The position numbers were made by a program, and so were the translations under genes. Below, one piece after another: positions 63,006 through 64,000 of a stretch of DNA of 64,000 nucleotides (the first letter of the stretch is position 1; each line of letters begins with the position of its first letter). The stretch comes from an uncultured Clostridia bacterium (GTDB lineage: Bacteria > Bacillota > Clostridia > Oscillospirales > CAG-272). Under the pieces are notes generated by a model. It saw nothing but the letters and a program-made list of their open reading frames with translations. It ran no database searches and had not been told where the DNA came from. The DNA is taken from NCBI GenBank assembly GCA_947630015.1, contig CANRFY010000002.1:54710-118709 (forward strand), in the 5' to 3' direction.

Positions 63006-64000
63006 TATGAAATGCCCGCGGTGCGGAGCTGAAAACGCTCCCGAAAACAGGTACTGTGAGTCGTGCGGCGCGCCGCTTGACGCGCAGGCGTACAACGTGA
63101 ACAACGCGAATAACGCAAATCAAACGGCAGGCTTCGGCGAACAGGCCGCAAAGGTCGGCAGAGAAGCTAAGGAACAGGTCGATAAGATCGTCGACAAGGT
63201 CAAGTCCGACAAGAAGCTGCTCGGCTGGATCATAAAGGGCGCAGTCGCGCTCGTCGCGCTGATCGTTCTTATCGTGATCATCTCGGCGGTCGCGTCGAGC
63301 GGCAGTCCGTATGATTTCATCAAGAGCGCCCCGCTGCCGATAATGGCCTCCAACGGCGACGAGACCGAGGTCACGATCCTTCAGGGCGGCGATAAGCTCC
63401 CGAACAAGCTTGACGGCATATATCAGATCTATGCGACGAGCATGGACCTCAAGGCAGCCGTCGCGCTTGACGAAAACGGCGATATCTACAAGGTCGGCGA
63501 AAACGGATTTGAACACGTTATCGACGGCGCGCAGAGAGTCGTGATCGCTCAGAACGGCTCCACGATCGCGTACACGGACGAGGAAGCGACGCTCTATCTG
63601 CTCACCCTCAAGAACAACAAGAAGACAAAGATCGAGGACGACGTCGACGCGACACGCGGAATCGTGATGTCCCCTGACGGCAAGTACGTCGCTTACTGCG
63701 TGACAGACGACGACGGCGACTCCGATTTCTTCGTCTATAACGGCAAAAAGTCGGTTCTGATCGACGACGCGGTCGCTCCGATCGCTCTGTCGAACGGCGG
63801 CAAGTACATTTACTGCTTCAACACCGACAACAGAAAGCTCTACGTCTACAACATGAAGGGCGCAGAATCCAAGAAGGTGCTTAAGGCGGAGATCGGCGGC
63901 GATTTCATCCTCAATAAGGACAATACGCAGCTCATGTTCTCCGCAAGCGACGGCGATTATTTCGTGTCGATAAAGGGCGAGGACCCGATAAAGCTCCGCT
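63006..64000 (+). CDS. Zinc-ribbon / single-TM / beta-propeller-like repeat protein (3' end cut by window edge)
   Basis: Absent from the track because it runs off the edge. The ATG at 63006 follows AAGGAG. MKCPRCGAENAPENRYCESCGAPL is a CxxC...CxxC ribbon. A TM helix follows (LLGWIIKGAVALVALIVLIVIISAV). Repeated SPDGKYVAY / SNGGKYIY-type strands then resemble TolB/DPP-IV propeller blades. Confidence 0.6.

Overview
GC-rich chromosomal core segment. Third-codon GC bias is strong, so most long antisense or out-of-frame ORFs in the supplied track are artefacts. The source looks like a Gram-positive, Clostridia-like bacterium; this is inferred from AddAB, HPr with Ser46, a PASTA-bearing class B PBP, YidD/YidC/Jag, CotH and LCP. 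Gene content from left to right: (1) A complete dcw cell-wall/division cluster on the minus strand: mraZ-rsmH-ftsL-PBP-murE-murF-mraY-ftsW-murG-ftsQ-ftsZ. It lacks murD and ftsA. (2) rsmD-coaD, uvrC and ptsH. (3) rimM-trmD followed by an O-antigen-ligase-like membrane protein and two DUF4330-like genes. (4) A mix of glycan-utilisation and glycolysis genes: GH30+CBM32 lipoprotein, gap, Cthe_2159-like beta-helix protein, GH42 beta-galactosidase, YitT, and a PFK of the PPi type. (5) A tightly coupled minus-strand operon: GH112 phosphorylase-queG-IMPase-addB-addA. (6) A fused MacB-type ABC transporter. (7) The origin-associated block rpmH-rnpA-yidD-yidC-jag-mnmE. (8) dusB coupled to an ECF sigma and a putative anti-sigma. 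(9) A CotH kinase lipoprotein, an M34-like metalloprotease with a ricin domain, glyQS, an LCP protein and a partial Zn-ribbon/beta-propeller protein. I saw no rRNA, tRNA, CRISPR, transposase, integrase or phage genes, and no defence or toxin system I can support. The most unusual signal is non-coding. A modular intergenic repeat family consists of a ~135-bp scaffold unit carrying interchangeable perfect palindromes bounded by CTTAAG. It occurs at seven or more loci, always at gene 3' ends or synteny breaks. One of these is a ~1-kb decayed array where mnmG would normally follow mnmE. I do not recognise it as a named family and cannot test novelty without a database search.
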